A DNA stretch of 32,000 nt from Microcystis aeruginosa NIES-843. GTDB lineage: Bacteria > Cyanobacteriota > Cyanobacteriia > Cyanobacteriales > Microcystaceae. Shown piece after piece: positions 18,178 through 25,931 of the stretch. The stretch lies in assembly GCF_000010625.1 (NCBI RefSeq), contig NC_010296.1:870001-902000 (forward strand), given 5' to 3'. Position numbers and translations under genes: made by a program. Within the stretch, counting starts at the first letter, position 1. Each line of letters begins with the position of its first letter. The notes beneath the pieces are model-generated. The model searched no databases, was not told where the DNA came from, and saw only the letters and a program-made list of their open reading frames with translations.

Positions 18178-18546
18178 ATGAAATTAGCTAAAATCTCTTT
18201 TTATGGCTTTTTAACTCTGATTATCTCCCTTTTGCTAATACTGAGTTTTGTTAATGCCAGCAAAGCACAATCGGATACGGCGGTAAGATCGGAGTTAATT
18301 AGTCTCCGCAATCGAGTCGAGCGCCTTGAAAGTCAGATTCGAGGAATATCCATCCGCGGGGAAAATGCCGCTCCGATTCCCCAACGGCGATCGGGAACGG
18401 GTATAGTAAATGGGGAAGTAGTCGGGGAAAGTGACCCACTGTTCCAGCGTTTAGCCACTTTAGTAATTGAACTAAAGGAAGATTTAAAAAAGCTAGAGCA
18501 ACGGGTGCAAATCTTAGAAAAAGAAACCGTTAGCCAGAAATCGTAG
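18178..18546 (+). CDS. Secreted coiled-coil protein (hypothetical)
   Basis: It has an N-terminal signal peptide (...LSFVNASKAQS) and heptad-rich segments. A GGAGG Shine-Dalgarno sequence lies upstream. Confidence 0.5.
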   Translation: MKLAKISFYGFLTLIISLLLILSFVNASKAQSDTAVRSELISLRNRVERLESQIRGISIRGENAAPIPQRRSGTGIVNGEVVGESDPLFQRLATLVIELKEDLKKLEQRVQILEKETVSQKS

Positions 18547-18589
18547 TCAATTGATGCTATAACGATCGAAAGTTAAATTGATCTCAACT

Positions 18590-20401
18590 ATGCAGTTAAT
18601 TGATTATGTAATTATCCTGCTTTATCTGGCAGGAACCCTAATAATCGGGATTATAGCCGAGAAAAAAGCTTCTCAAGGTCTAGAATCCTACTTTTTAGGT
18701 AATCGCAATTTGCCCTGGTGGATGTTAGGGGTGTCGGGAATGGCGGCTAACACCGATTTAGCGGGAACTATGGTCATTTCTGCCCTAATTTACGCCGTCG
18801 GCCCCAAAGGATTATTTATCGAAATCCGCGGCGGTGTTGTCCTAATTATGGCCTTTCTCATGGCTTTTATGGGCAAATGGAATCGCCGCGCCCAAGTTAT
18901 GACCATGGCGGAATGGATGCAATTTCGCTTTGGAACTGGAAAACAGGGGAATTTTGCCCGAATTATTAGCGCCGTCGCCACTCTCTTATTCTCTATCGGT
19001 GCGATGAGTTATTTCTCCGTTGCGGGGGGGAAATTTTTAGGGCAGTTTTTGGGCATGGATGATCGTCTTGCTTCGGTGATATTAATTCTTCTAACCTTAA
19101 TTTATACGGTGGCCAGTGGTTTTTATGGTGGGGTAATTACCGATTTATTTCAAGGATTTCTGATTTTTGTGGCGGTAATTTATGTATCGACAGTGGCTTT
19201 TTTTACTGTCAATCTTCCTGATAGTTTCACGGTAGCAATTCCGGGGGCAGCGGAGCCAAAAACTTGGAATTTAAGCGACTGGGCTAGTATTTTTCCTTCG
19301 ATGACTTTGGATTTACCCGGAGATTATGCCATCTTTAATTTGTTTGGTGGGGTGATTTTCTTTTATTTAGTTAAAACCATCATCGAAGGTTGCAGCGGCA
19401 GCGGTGGTTATATGTTACAACGATACCTAGCCGCCAAAAGCGATCGAGATGCCGGTTTATTATCTTTATTCTGGATTGTTCTGCTTTCTTTCCGTTGGCC
19501 TCTAGTCACAGCTTTTGCTGTTTTAGGCATTCACTACGGTTTAACCGAAGGCACGATTACAGATCCAGAAAGAATTCTGGCCACGGTCATTACTCAATAC
19601 ATTCCCGTGGGGATGAAAGGGTTATTAATTGCTGCTTTTTTAGCGGCAGCTATGTCCACTTTTAACGCAGTTATTAACGCTAGTGCTGCCTATTGGGTAA
19701 AAGATATCTATCAAGCTTTTTTGAAACCGAATGCGGGAGAACAGGAGTTAGTTTTTCAAGGTCGTTTGGCCTCGGTTTTTGTGGTAGTAATTGGCTTAGT
19801 TTTGAGTTTTAATATCCAAAATGTCAATGATATTTGGGGTTGGTTAACCACGGGATTAGGGGTGGGATTAGCAGTTCCTCTCCTATTACGTTGGTATTGG
19901 TGGCGCTTTAATGGTTATGGTTTTGCTGTGGGAACTTTAGCGGGAATGATTGCGGCTATTGCCTCACAAGTGATAATTTTACCTTTCTTTCGTCACAGTC
20001 AATATCAGGAATATATTCTCTTTCTTGTGCCGAGTTTGTTCGCTTTAGCTGGCTGTATTATCGCTACTTTGTTAACTCCTCCCACCGATAGTTTAGTTAT
20101 GGAAAATTTCTATAATGTTACCCGACCTTTTGGCTTTTGGGGAGAAGTCCGTCACAGTGTTAAACCTAATCTACAGGCAAAAATTAAAGCGGAAAATCAA
20201 CGGGATATCATTGCCGCTTTTCTCACTGTTCCTTGGCAATTAGTCCTCTTTATGATGGGGATTGTTTTAATCATCAAGCAGTGGCAAAGTTTGAAGATTT
20301 TGGCTTTGGTTTTTCTTTTACTTTCCATCGGTCTCTATTTTACTTGGTATCGCCACTTATCTAAGGAAATTACTGTCACTAAAGACCGAGATTTAGGTTA
20401 G
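18590..20401 (+). CDS. Sodium:solute symporter family (SSF) transporter
   Basis: About 600 aa with 13 or more predicted TM helices and SSF-like motifs. The start is placed at ATG 18590; the ORF track starts at TTG 18578. Confidence 0.7.
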   Translation: MQLIDYVIILLYLAGTLIIGIIAEKKASQGLESYFLGNRNLPWWMLGVSGMAANTDLAGTMVISALIYAVGPKGLFIEIRGGVVLIMAFLMAFMGKWNRRAQVMTMAEWMQFRFGTGKQGNFARIISAVATLLFSIGAMSYFSVAGGKFLGQFLGMDDRLASVILILLTLIYTVASGFYGGVITDLFQGFLIFVAVIYVSTVAFFTVNLPDSFTVAIPGAAEPKTWNLSDWASIFPSMTLDLPGDYAIFNLFGGVIFFYLVKTIIEGCSGSGGYMLQRYLAAKSDRDAGLLSLFWIVLLSFRWPLVTAFAVLGIHYGLTEGTITDPERILATVITQYIPVGMKGLLIAAFLAAAMSTFNAVINASAAYWVKDIYQAFLKPNAGEQELVFQGRLASVFVVVIGLVLSFNIQNVNDIWGWLTTGLGVGLAVPLLLRWYWWRFNGYGFAVGTLAGMIAAIASQVIILPFFRHSQYQEYILFLVPSLFALAGCIIATLLTPPTDSLVMENFYNVTRPFGFWGEVRHSVKPNLQAKIKAENQRDIIAAFLTVPWQLVLFMMGIVLIIKQWQSLKILALVFLLLSIGLYFTWYRHLSKEITVTKDRDLG

Positions 20402-20402
20402 G

Positions 20403-20510
20403 CAGTTATCAGTTATCAGTTATCAGTTATCAGTTATCAGTTTTAAGTTTTCAGTTTTCAGTTTTCAGTTATCAGTTTTCAGTTTTCAGTTTTCAGATTT
20501 GAGTTTTAAG
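20403..20510. repeat. Heptanucleotide repeat arm (CAGTTAT)5 followed by (CAGTTTT)n
   Basis: It starts 2 nt after the TAG stop of the SSF transporter gene. Confidence 0.9.
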
Positions 20511-20544
20511 TGTGCAGTATGGATTAGGTGAGCCTCATCAAATG

Positions 20545-20722
20545 CCAGTTTTCTACTGTCTTTTCACTGATTACTGTTTACTGATTACTGTTTACTGAAA
20601 ATAGCAGTTTCCTACTGTCTTTTTACTGATTACTGATTACTGATTACTGATTACTGATTACTGTTTACTGAAAATAGCAGTTTTCTACTGTCTTTTCATT
20701 GTTTACTGTTTACTGATCACTG
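20545..20722. repeat. Higher-order repeat: three units of [GCAGTTTYCTACTGTCTTTTYAY + (TGATTAC/TGTTTAC)n + TGAAAATA]
   Basis: Direct reading. The heptads are the complement-strand form of the CAGTAAT/CAGTAAA repeat seen at 1112-1226. Confidence 0.85.
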
Positions 20723-20738
20723 AATTAGGAGAGATCCC

Positions 20739-20767
20739 TTGACTTTTGCGGCGGCTTGGGTTATGAT
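20739..20767 (+). promoter_or_regulatory. Candidate promoter TTGACT-N17-TATGAT
   Basis: Sequence match only. A second TATAAT lies at 20773-20778, and a 19-codon hydrophobic sORF starts at 20777. Confidence 0.3.
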
Positions 20768-20961
20768 TTTCTTATAATGGGACTGTTGTGTTTATGGTTA
20801 AGTGGTTATATTTCCATTATTATTAAACTCTTTTAAAAATACTGTCCCAAAATCTGCCAAAAAAAGCAAGCAAAATTTTGCCGTCAATTGTTAAGTTTTG
20901 TTAAGAAAAATAGCAAGAGCGGCAAGGAATAGAAATCCCTTACCGTTGACTTTGGCCGGAC

Positions 20962-21399
20962 TCACCACTTCTTATAGGGTAAAAACTTACCCGACATAGT
21001 AATTTTAACGCGATCGCCTTTAGGGTCTTCCTCCTTATCCACGTCGAGGGTAAAATCGATCGCACTCATAATACCATCGCCGAATTTTTCATGAATCACC
21101 GATTTTAGTGGCATTCCATACACCTGCATGATCTCGTAGAAACGATAAATCAGGGGGTCGGTGGGGACAACAGGACCCAATCCCTTGACAGGATACTCGG
21201 TTAAGGATGCGACGATTTCGGTTCCCAGTCCCAAAGCTGCCACAATTTTCGTTGCTTCTTCTAGGGAGGCGCTCGCTTGCCGGTAAAAAACAGCGGCAAT
21301 CCACACCTCATCTCGTCCTAGAATCGCTTCTAGGTCAGCGAAACTGAGGCCTTTTTCCTTCTTCGCTTCCAATAGTTTTGCGGTAATTTCGGGTATCAT
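20962..21399 (-). CDS. cynS: Cyanase (cyanate hydratase)
   Basis: 145-aa [28 protein letters not shown]...FYRQ...[14 protein letters not shown], characteristic of CynS. Confidence 0.9.
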   Translation of the reverse strand: MIPEITAKLLEAKKEKGLSFADLEAILGRDEVWIAAVFYRQASASLEEATKIVAALGLGTEIVASLTEYPVKGLGPVVPTDPLIYRFYEIMQVYGMPLKSVIHEKFGDGIMSAIDFTLDVDKEEDPKGDRVKITMSGKFLPYKKW

Positions 21400-21498
21400 T
21401 GCTTATTTTTGCAGAATTTGTCTGCTTCTAGTTTACCTGAACATCAGTTATATAAGTAAAAGTTATGACATTGATAAAAAAACATTCCTTAAAACCCC

Positions 21499-21527
21499 TT
21501 TACATAACTATAAAAAGCCGATAGTAT
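21499..21527 (+). promoter_or_regulatory. Candidate psbA copy 2 promoter (TTTACA-N17-TAGTAT)
   Basis: It shares only the AAACCCCTTTACA -35 region with copies 1 and 3. The -10 box and 5' UTR differ. Confidence 0.45.
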
Positions 21528-21584
21528 TAACTCATGTCAAACAACGAACCTTGACAACCTAATACATACAGAAATTATCCAACC

Positions 21585-22667
21585 ATGACCACCACTCTAC
21601 AACAGCGCGAGAGCGCTTCCCTGTGGGAGCAGTTCTGTCAGTGGATCACCAGCACCAACAACCGCTTATACATCGGTTGGTTCGGTGTCATCATGATCCC
21701 CACCCTGCTCACCGCCACCACCTGCTTCATCATCGCCTTTATCGCCGCTCCTCCCGTAGATATCGACGGTATCCGCGAGCCTGTAGCCGGTTCTCTACTC
21801 TACGGAAACAACATCATCTCCGGTGCGGTTGTTCCCTCTTCCAACGCGATTGGACTCCACTTCTACCCCATCTGGGAAGCTGCTTCCTTAGATGAGTGGT
21901 TATACAACGGTGGTCCCTACCAGTTAGTCATTTTCCACTTCTTACTAGGTGTCTTCTGCTACCTCGGTCGTCAGTGGGAACTGTCTTTCCGTTTAGGAAT
22001 GCGTCCTTGGATCTGTGTTGCTTACTCCGCACCTGTATCCGCCGCTACTGCTGTATTCTTAATCTATCCCATCGGACAAGGTTCCTTCTCTGATGGTATG
22101 CCTTTAGGAATCTCTGGAACCTTTAACTTTATGTTCGTGTTCCAAGCAGAACATAACATCCTGATGCACCCCTTCCATATGTTAGGTGTTGCCGGTGTGT
22201 TCGGCGGTTCCTTGTTCAGTGCGATGCACGGTTCCCTAGTAACTTCTTCCTTAGTGCGTGAAACCACGGAAATCGAATCTCAGAACTACGGTTACAAATT
22301 CGGTCAAGAGGAAGAAACCTACAATATCGTTGCCGCTCACGGTTACTTCGGACGCTTAATCTTCCAATACGCTTCTTTCAACAATAGCCGCTCTCTGCAC
22401 TTCTTCTTAGGTGCTTGGCCGGTAATCGGTATCTGGTTTACGGCAATGGGTGTTAGCACCATGGCGTTTAACCTCAACGGGTTCAACTTCAACCAGTCGA
22501 TTCTCGATTCTCAAGGTCGTGTAATCGGTACTTGGGCCGATGTGCTGAACCGCGCTGGTATCGGTATGGAAGTAATGCACGAGCGCAATGCTCACAACTT
22601 CCCCTTAGACTTGGCTAGTGGTGAACAGGCTCCTGTAGCTCTGATTGCTCCTGCTATCAATGGTTAA
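21585..22667 (+). CDS. psbA: Photosystem II D1 protein, copy 2
   Basis: The 360-aa protein is identical to copies 1 and 3. The DNA differs at scattered synonymous sites, and the upstream region is distinct. Confidence 0.98.
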   Translation: MTTTLQQRESASLWEQFCQWITSTNNRLYIGWFGVIMIPTLLTATTCFIIAFIAAPPVDIDGIREPVAGSLLYGNNIISGAVVPSSNAIGLHFYPIWEAASLDEWLYNGGPYQLVIFHFLLGVFCYLGRQWELSFRLGMRPWICVAYSAPVSAATAVFLIYPIGQGSFSDGMPLGISGTFNFMFVFQAEHNILMHPFHMLGVAGVFGGSLFSAMHGSLVTSSLVRETTEIESQNYGYKFGQEEETYNIVAAHGYFGRLIFQYASFNNSRSLHFFLGAWPVIGIWFTAMGVSTMAFNLNGFNFNQSILDSQGRVIGTWADVLNRAGIGMEVMHERNAHNFPLDLASGEQAPVALIAPAING

Positions 22668-22687
22668 TTCCTAGTCTGAACGAAAAG

Positions 22688-22713
22688 GCACTCCCGCGAG
22701 GGGGTGCTTTTTT
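22688..22713 (+). terminator. psbA copy 2 terminator
   Basis: GCACTCCC-GCGA-GGGGGTGC followed by TTTTTT. Confidence 0.8.
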
Positions 22714-22738
22714 GTTGTTAGAATTATGATATAGCTCA

Positions 22739-22990
22739 ATGTTAAATGGAATCAATTTTATGTTATCTTCTCTGATAATTGAACTGGAACAAAAGTTACG
22801 AGACTGTTCTCTTGAAGATAAACAATGGTTATTGGAGCAGTTACATCAACAATTAGGATTGAATAATCAAAAAACAACTAAACAACGATTAATAGATAGT
22901 TGGAATGAAGCTTATAGTGATGGATTGGACGAATCAGAAACTTTAATGTTAGAGCGAATACGGCATCATCAAAGCCAATTATCTGAGTAA
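22739..22990 (+). CDS. Putative antitoxin (uncharacterised helical protein) upstream of MazF
   Basis: 83-aa ORF (possibly starting at the internal Met, MLSSL...). Its stop lies 2 nt before the mazF-like ATG. It shows no recognisable AbrB/MazE motif. Confidence 0.5.
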   Translation: MLNGINFMLSSLIIELEQKLRDCSLEDKQWLLEQLHQQLGLNNQKTTKQRLIDSWNEAYSDGLDESETLMLERIRHHQSQLSE

Positions 22991-22992
22991 AT

Positions 22993-23349
22993 ATGACGAT
23001 TTTTCAAGGAGAGATTTATTGGATTGATTTAGGAGAACCACAAGGTTCTGAACCTGCTTATCTTCGTCCTTGTGTTGTGGTGCAAAATGATGCTCTGAAT
23101 CAGTCACAAATTGGGACGGTTATTGTGTGTCCATTAACAACCAATTTGAGACGAGCAAAAGCTATTGGTAATGTTTTATTGAATGAGGGTGAAGGGAATT
23201 TACCAGAATCCAGTGTTGTTAATGTTTCGCAGGTTTTCACGGTTGATAAGCGTCTTTTAACAGAGTCTATCGGAAGACTTTCTCGGGAAAAAATCAAATT
23301 AATTATTCAGGGAATTAATTTGGTTATTGAACCTCAAGAACTCGAATAA
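22993..23349 (+). CDS. mazF: Type II toxin, PemK/MazF-family endoribonuclease
   Basis: 118 aa. GEIYWIDLGEPQGSEPAYLRPCVVVQNDALN ... VIVCPLTT ... SVVNVSQVFTVDKRLL matches the MazF/PemK fold signature. Confidence 0.85.
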   Translation: MTIFQGEIYWIDLGEPQGSEPAYLRPCVVVQNDALNQSQIGTVIVCPLTTNLRRAKAIGNVLLNEGEGNLPESSVVNVSQVFTVDKRLLTESIGRLSREKIKLIIQGINLVIEPQELE

Positions 23350-23417
23350 TAGGGGGTTATAAAAGGATTTAAAGAATCCATTAACACAAAAAAAGCACGA
23401 AAATAGATTACAGCATC

Positions 23418-23710
23418 GCCGCTCACGGTTACTTCGGACGTTTAATACTAAATCCGTTGAGTATATGCTGCTTATAAGGACAGGCAAAAGGCCACCCCCC
23501 CTGCCCCCCGACATCGGGGGGCAGGGGGGAATAAATAATCAGTTTTTAATAACCGGATTTAGTATTATCGGTACTTGGGCCGATGTCTTAAACCGCGCTG
23601 GTATCGGTATGGAAGTAATGCACGAGCGTAATGCACATAACTTCCCCTTAGACTTGGCTAGTGGCGAACAGGCTCCTGTAGCTCTGATTGCTCCTGCTAT
23701 CAATGGTTAA
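23418..23710 (+). pseudogene. psbA: psbA 3' remnant (29-bp and 143-bp psbA-homologous blocks separated by a palindromic element)
   Basis: 23418-23446 matches psbA ...GCCGCTCACGGTTACTTCGGACGTTTAAT. 23568-23710 encodes ...[47 protein letters not shown] plus the stop. The full psbA terminator follows. Confidence 0.9.
23444..23567. repeat. 124-bp palindromic MITE-like element
   Basis: Terminal inverted repeats AATACTAAATCCG / CGGATTTAGTATT. The central perfect hairpin is CCCCCCTGCCCCCCGA-CA-TCGGGGGGCAGGGGGG. Confidence 0.6.
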
Positions 23711-23730
23711 TTCCTAGTCTGAATGAAAAG

Positions 23731-23756
23731 GCACTCCCGCGAGGGGGTGCTTTTTT
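23731..23756 (+). terminator. Duplicated psbA terminator after the remnant
   Basis: The hairpin and T-run are identical to those of copy 2. Confidence 0.75.
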
Positions 23757-23810
23757 GTTGTTAGAATTGGGGAACGGGGTACAATAAAAGGGACTTCTCT
23801 AGGCGGAAAT

Positions 23811-24101
23811 ATGGCTACAGGCATCGATATTGGCGAATTTATTGTTGCTAGTCCGGATATCTGTAATGCTCGTCCCCGGATTGCGGGAACTAGAATCACG
23901 ATTCAAAGTTTAGTCATGGATCATAAAACGGGAATGAGTGCCGAAGCGATCGCTAGGGAGTATCCTCAGTTAAATCTGGCTCAAATTTATAGCGCTCTAG
24001 CGTATTATCACGCGAATAAAGAACGGATAGAAGCCGATATCGATGCTTACCGAGCGGATTGTGAAGACTGGGAATCCCGATATCGAGCCGGTGAATTGTA
24101 A
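23811..24101 (+). CDS. DUF433-domain protein (putative antitoxin)
   Basis: 96 aa. CNARPRIAGTRITIQSLV...GMSAEAIAREYPQLNLAQIYSALAYY is the DUF433 signature. Confidence 0.8.
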   Translation: MATGIDIGEFIVASPDICNARPRIAGTRITIQSLVMDHKTGMSAEAIAREYPQLNLAQIYSALAYYHANKERIEADIDAYRADCEDWESRYRAGEL

Positions 24102-24466
24102 TGAGTCAAATCCGTCTCTACCTTGATGAAGATGCGGGTCAACGCTCGGTCGTGCAAGCTTTGCGGAATCTGAAGATTGATGTAATTACCACTTGGGAAG
24201 CGGACAACATTCAGCTACCCGATCCCGATCAACTGGTTTGGGCAACCCAGCAAGGTCGGGTAATTTATACTTTTAATGTAGGCGATTTTTGTCGATTGCA
24301 TAAATCATATATGATGCGCTCGATGAGCCATACGGGAATTATCGTGGCCGCGAAACAAAGATATTCCGTGGGAGAACAGGTAAAAGCTATTGCCAATTTA
24401 ATCGCTACCCGCTCTGCCGAAGATATCAAGAATCAACTCATCTTTTTAGGGGATTATCTAGAATAG
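24101..24466 (+). CDS. DUF5615 / PIN-like (Mut7-C-type) protein (putative toxin)
   Basis: 121 aa beginning IRLYLDEDAGQRSVVQALR. Its start overlaps the DUF433 stop (TAATG). Confidence 0.7.
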   Translation: MSQIRLYLDEDAGQRSVVQALRNLKIDVITTWEADNIQLPDPDQLVWATQQGRVIYTFNVGDFCRLHKSYMMRSMSHTGIIVAAKQRYSVGEQVKAIANLIATRSAEDIKNQLIFLGDYLE

Positions 24467-24495
24467 ACCTTCGGCAAAAGTCGGAGAAACTAGGA

Positions 24496-25583
24496 TAAGT
24501 ACCTAGGCAAAATTAATTACATACTCGCCTCCAAAATTGTCCAGCACTTTTTTAACGTAAGCGAGGAGGCTCTTTCGGTCTTTATAGGCGCTAAATTCAA
24601 TCCATTCATATTTTAAAAATCTCCATAATATTTCAATTAAATTTAAATGAGGTGAATAAGTGGGCAACCAAAATATTTTCAAGTTTTTCTTTTCCCATTC
24701 CTCAAGTTTCTCCATAAATGCCTCGCTGGTATGAATGGAAGCTTGGTCAATTATTATGACAGTTTTTTTCTGTATATTTTGGCAATATTTATCCAGAAAA
24801 TTAATAACTATCTCGCTAGTAACCGTTCCGACCTGTGTCTCATAAAATAATTGATTATCTCGTTTCATTATTCCTAAAATATTTAGTCTTTTACCTTCAA
24901 TTGGTGGTAACTTTATCGTGGTTTTTTCTTCTTGCCAAGCCTCAGGAAGACAAGGCTTTGAATCCCCTCCCATTTCATCCAAATATCCTATCTCAATCTC
25001 TCCTCTTTTTTCCTGTTTTTTTAGTTCTTCTAAAATAGGTATTTTGACCTCAAGCTCCCACTCATCAGGGGTTTTGGCGACCCCTCTTCTCACCCTTTTC
25101 CACCTCATGTTGATTTTTTTTATGAGTCTTTTTATCTTGTCTTTGCTTACGGTTAATTTCCCTTCTTCTACAATTTTTATCTGGATTTTTTTTAAGCTTT
25201 TCGGTTCTTCTTTTACCCAGTCAATAACTTGTTGACCTTGTGCTTCTGTCAATTTAGGTTTTCTCCCTCTTCCTCGACGATTATAAAAACCAATTAGTTT
25301 TCTATCTTCCCAGGCCGTCAACCAATTATAGATGGTCTTTCTCGTAACTCCAAATATTCCGCTCAATTCTTCTATCGTGGTTCCCTGAAAACTTAAGAGT
25401 ATACATTTCGCTCGCTCTCTTACTTGATGATGTTTACTAGCTCGATAAATTCTCTCTAGCATTTTCTGGCTCTCGGGGTTTAGGTCTCTAATCAATCTCA
25501 TTGTATTTTCCTGCTGCTTCGTTTTTTTATGTATTATACTTCTTAATTTTTTATTTGGGTAATTAATTTTGCATGACTACTTA
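24496..25583 (-). mobile_element. IS630-family insertion sequence (type 3)
   Basis: 25-bp IRs: TAAGTACCTAGGCAAAATTAATTAC (24496-) against the reverse complement of GTAATTAATTTTGCATGACTACTTA (-25583). Both termini are TA. Confidence 0.8.
24503..25501 (-). CDS. IS630-family DDE transposase (single ORF)
   Basis: 332 aa. It has an HTH (LSGIFGVTRKTIYNWL) and a DDE region (GYLDEMG, IIIDQASIH, WLPTYSPHLNLIEILW). Confidence 0.85.
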   Translation of the reverse strand: MRLIRDLNPESQKMLERIYRASKHHQVRERAKCILLSFQGTTIEELSGIFGVTRKTIYNWLTAWEDRKLIGFYNRRGRGRKPKLTEAQGQQVIDWVKEEPKSLKKIQIKIVEEGKLTVSKDKIKRLIKKINMRWKRVRRGVAKTPDEWELEVKIPILEELKKQEKRGEIEIGYLDEMGGDSKPCLPEAWQEEKTTIKLPPIEGKRLNILGIMKRDNQLFYETQVGTVTSEIVINFLDKYCQNIQKKTVIIIDQASIHTSEAFMEKLEEWEKKNLKIFWLPTYSPHLNLIEILWRFLKYEWIEFSAYKDRKSLLAYVKKVLDNFGGEYVINFA

Positions 25584-25609
25584 AAGTACGAAAAATTCGA
25601 GAGCGCACC

Positions 25610-25777
25610 ATGACTCACGAACGTAGATAAAATTTACTCCCCGCAGATTTCAAACGCTTAACTGGAGTCTATCCCGATAATTTCGCCCTAATGGTCAAAG
25701 TCGTATCGGCCGAGAGGGCATTTCACAAAAAGATGGGAAGACCTAGTAAATTAAGCAGAGATTTTGCACAAATGTAG
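25610..25777 (+). pseudogene. IS5-family transposase N-terminal remnant
   Basis: ...FKRLTGVYPDNFALMVKVVSAERAFHKKMGRPSKLS resembles IS5-family N-termini. There is an in-frame TAA at codon 7 and the sequence is truncated after about 55 codons. Confidence 0.45.
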
Positions 25778-25931
25778 GGCTGAAGCAAGAGAAAGAGAAA
25801 TTTTAGCTAATTTTAAGGAATTGAAACAGGCGATCGCTGCTGGAACAGTCAGAAGGGGAACCGTAGAAGATTTGATTGCTGATTTTAATGAGGATTAACA
25901 ATTTATTTTTAGTTTTTCGGAAGATGGAGAA

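Noticed and set aside
23714-23899. 61-aa minus-strand ORF (and its relative at 31641-31877) sharing PRSPILTTKKHPLAGVPF
   Set aside because: The shared peptide is the antisense translation of the duplicated psbA terminator and flank. The first ORF overlaps the DUF433 gene, and the second overlaps the Uma2 gene start.
25778-25900. Short open frame ending ...AREREILANFKELKQAIAAGTVRRGTVEDLIADFNED* as an antitoxin-like gene
   Set aside because: I could not identify a start codon or a confident family match. It lies between an IS5 remnant and an IS630 end and is probably a gene fragment, so it is not reported as a feature.
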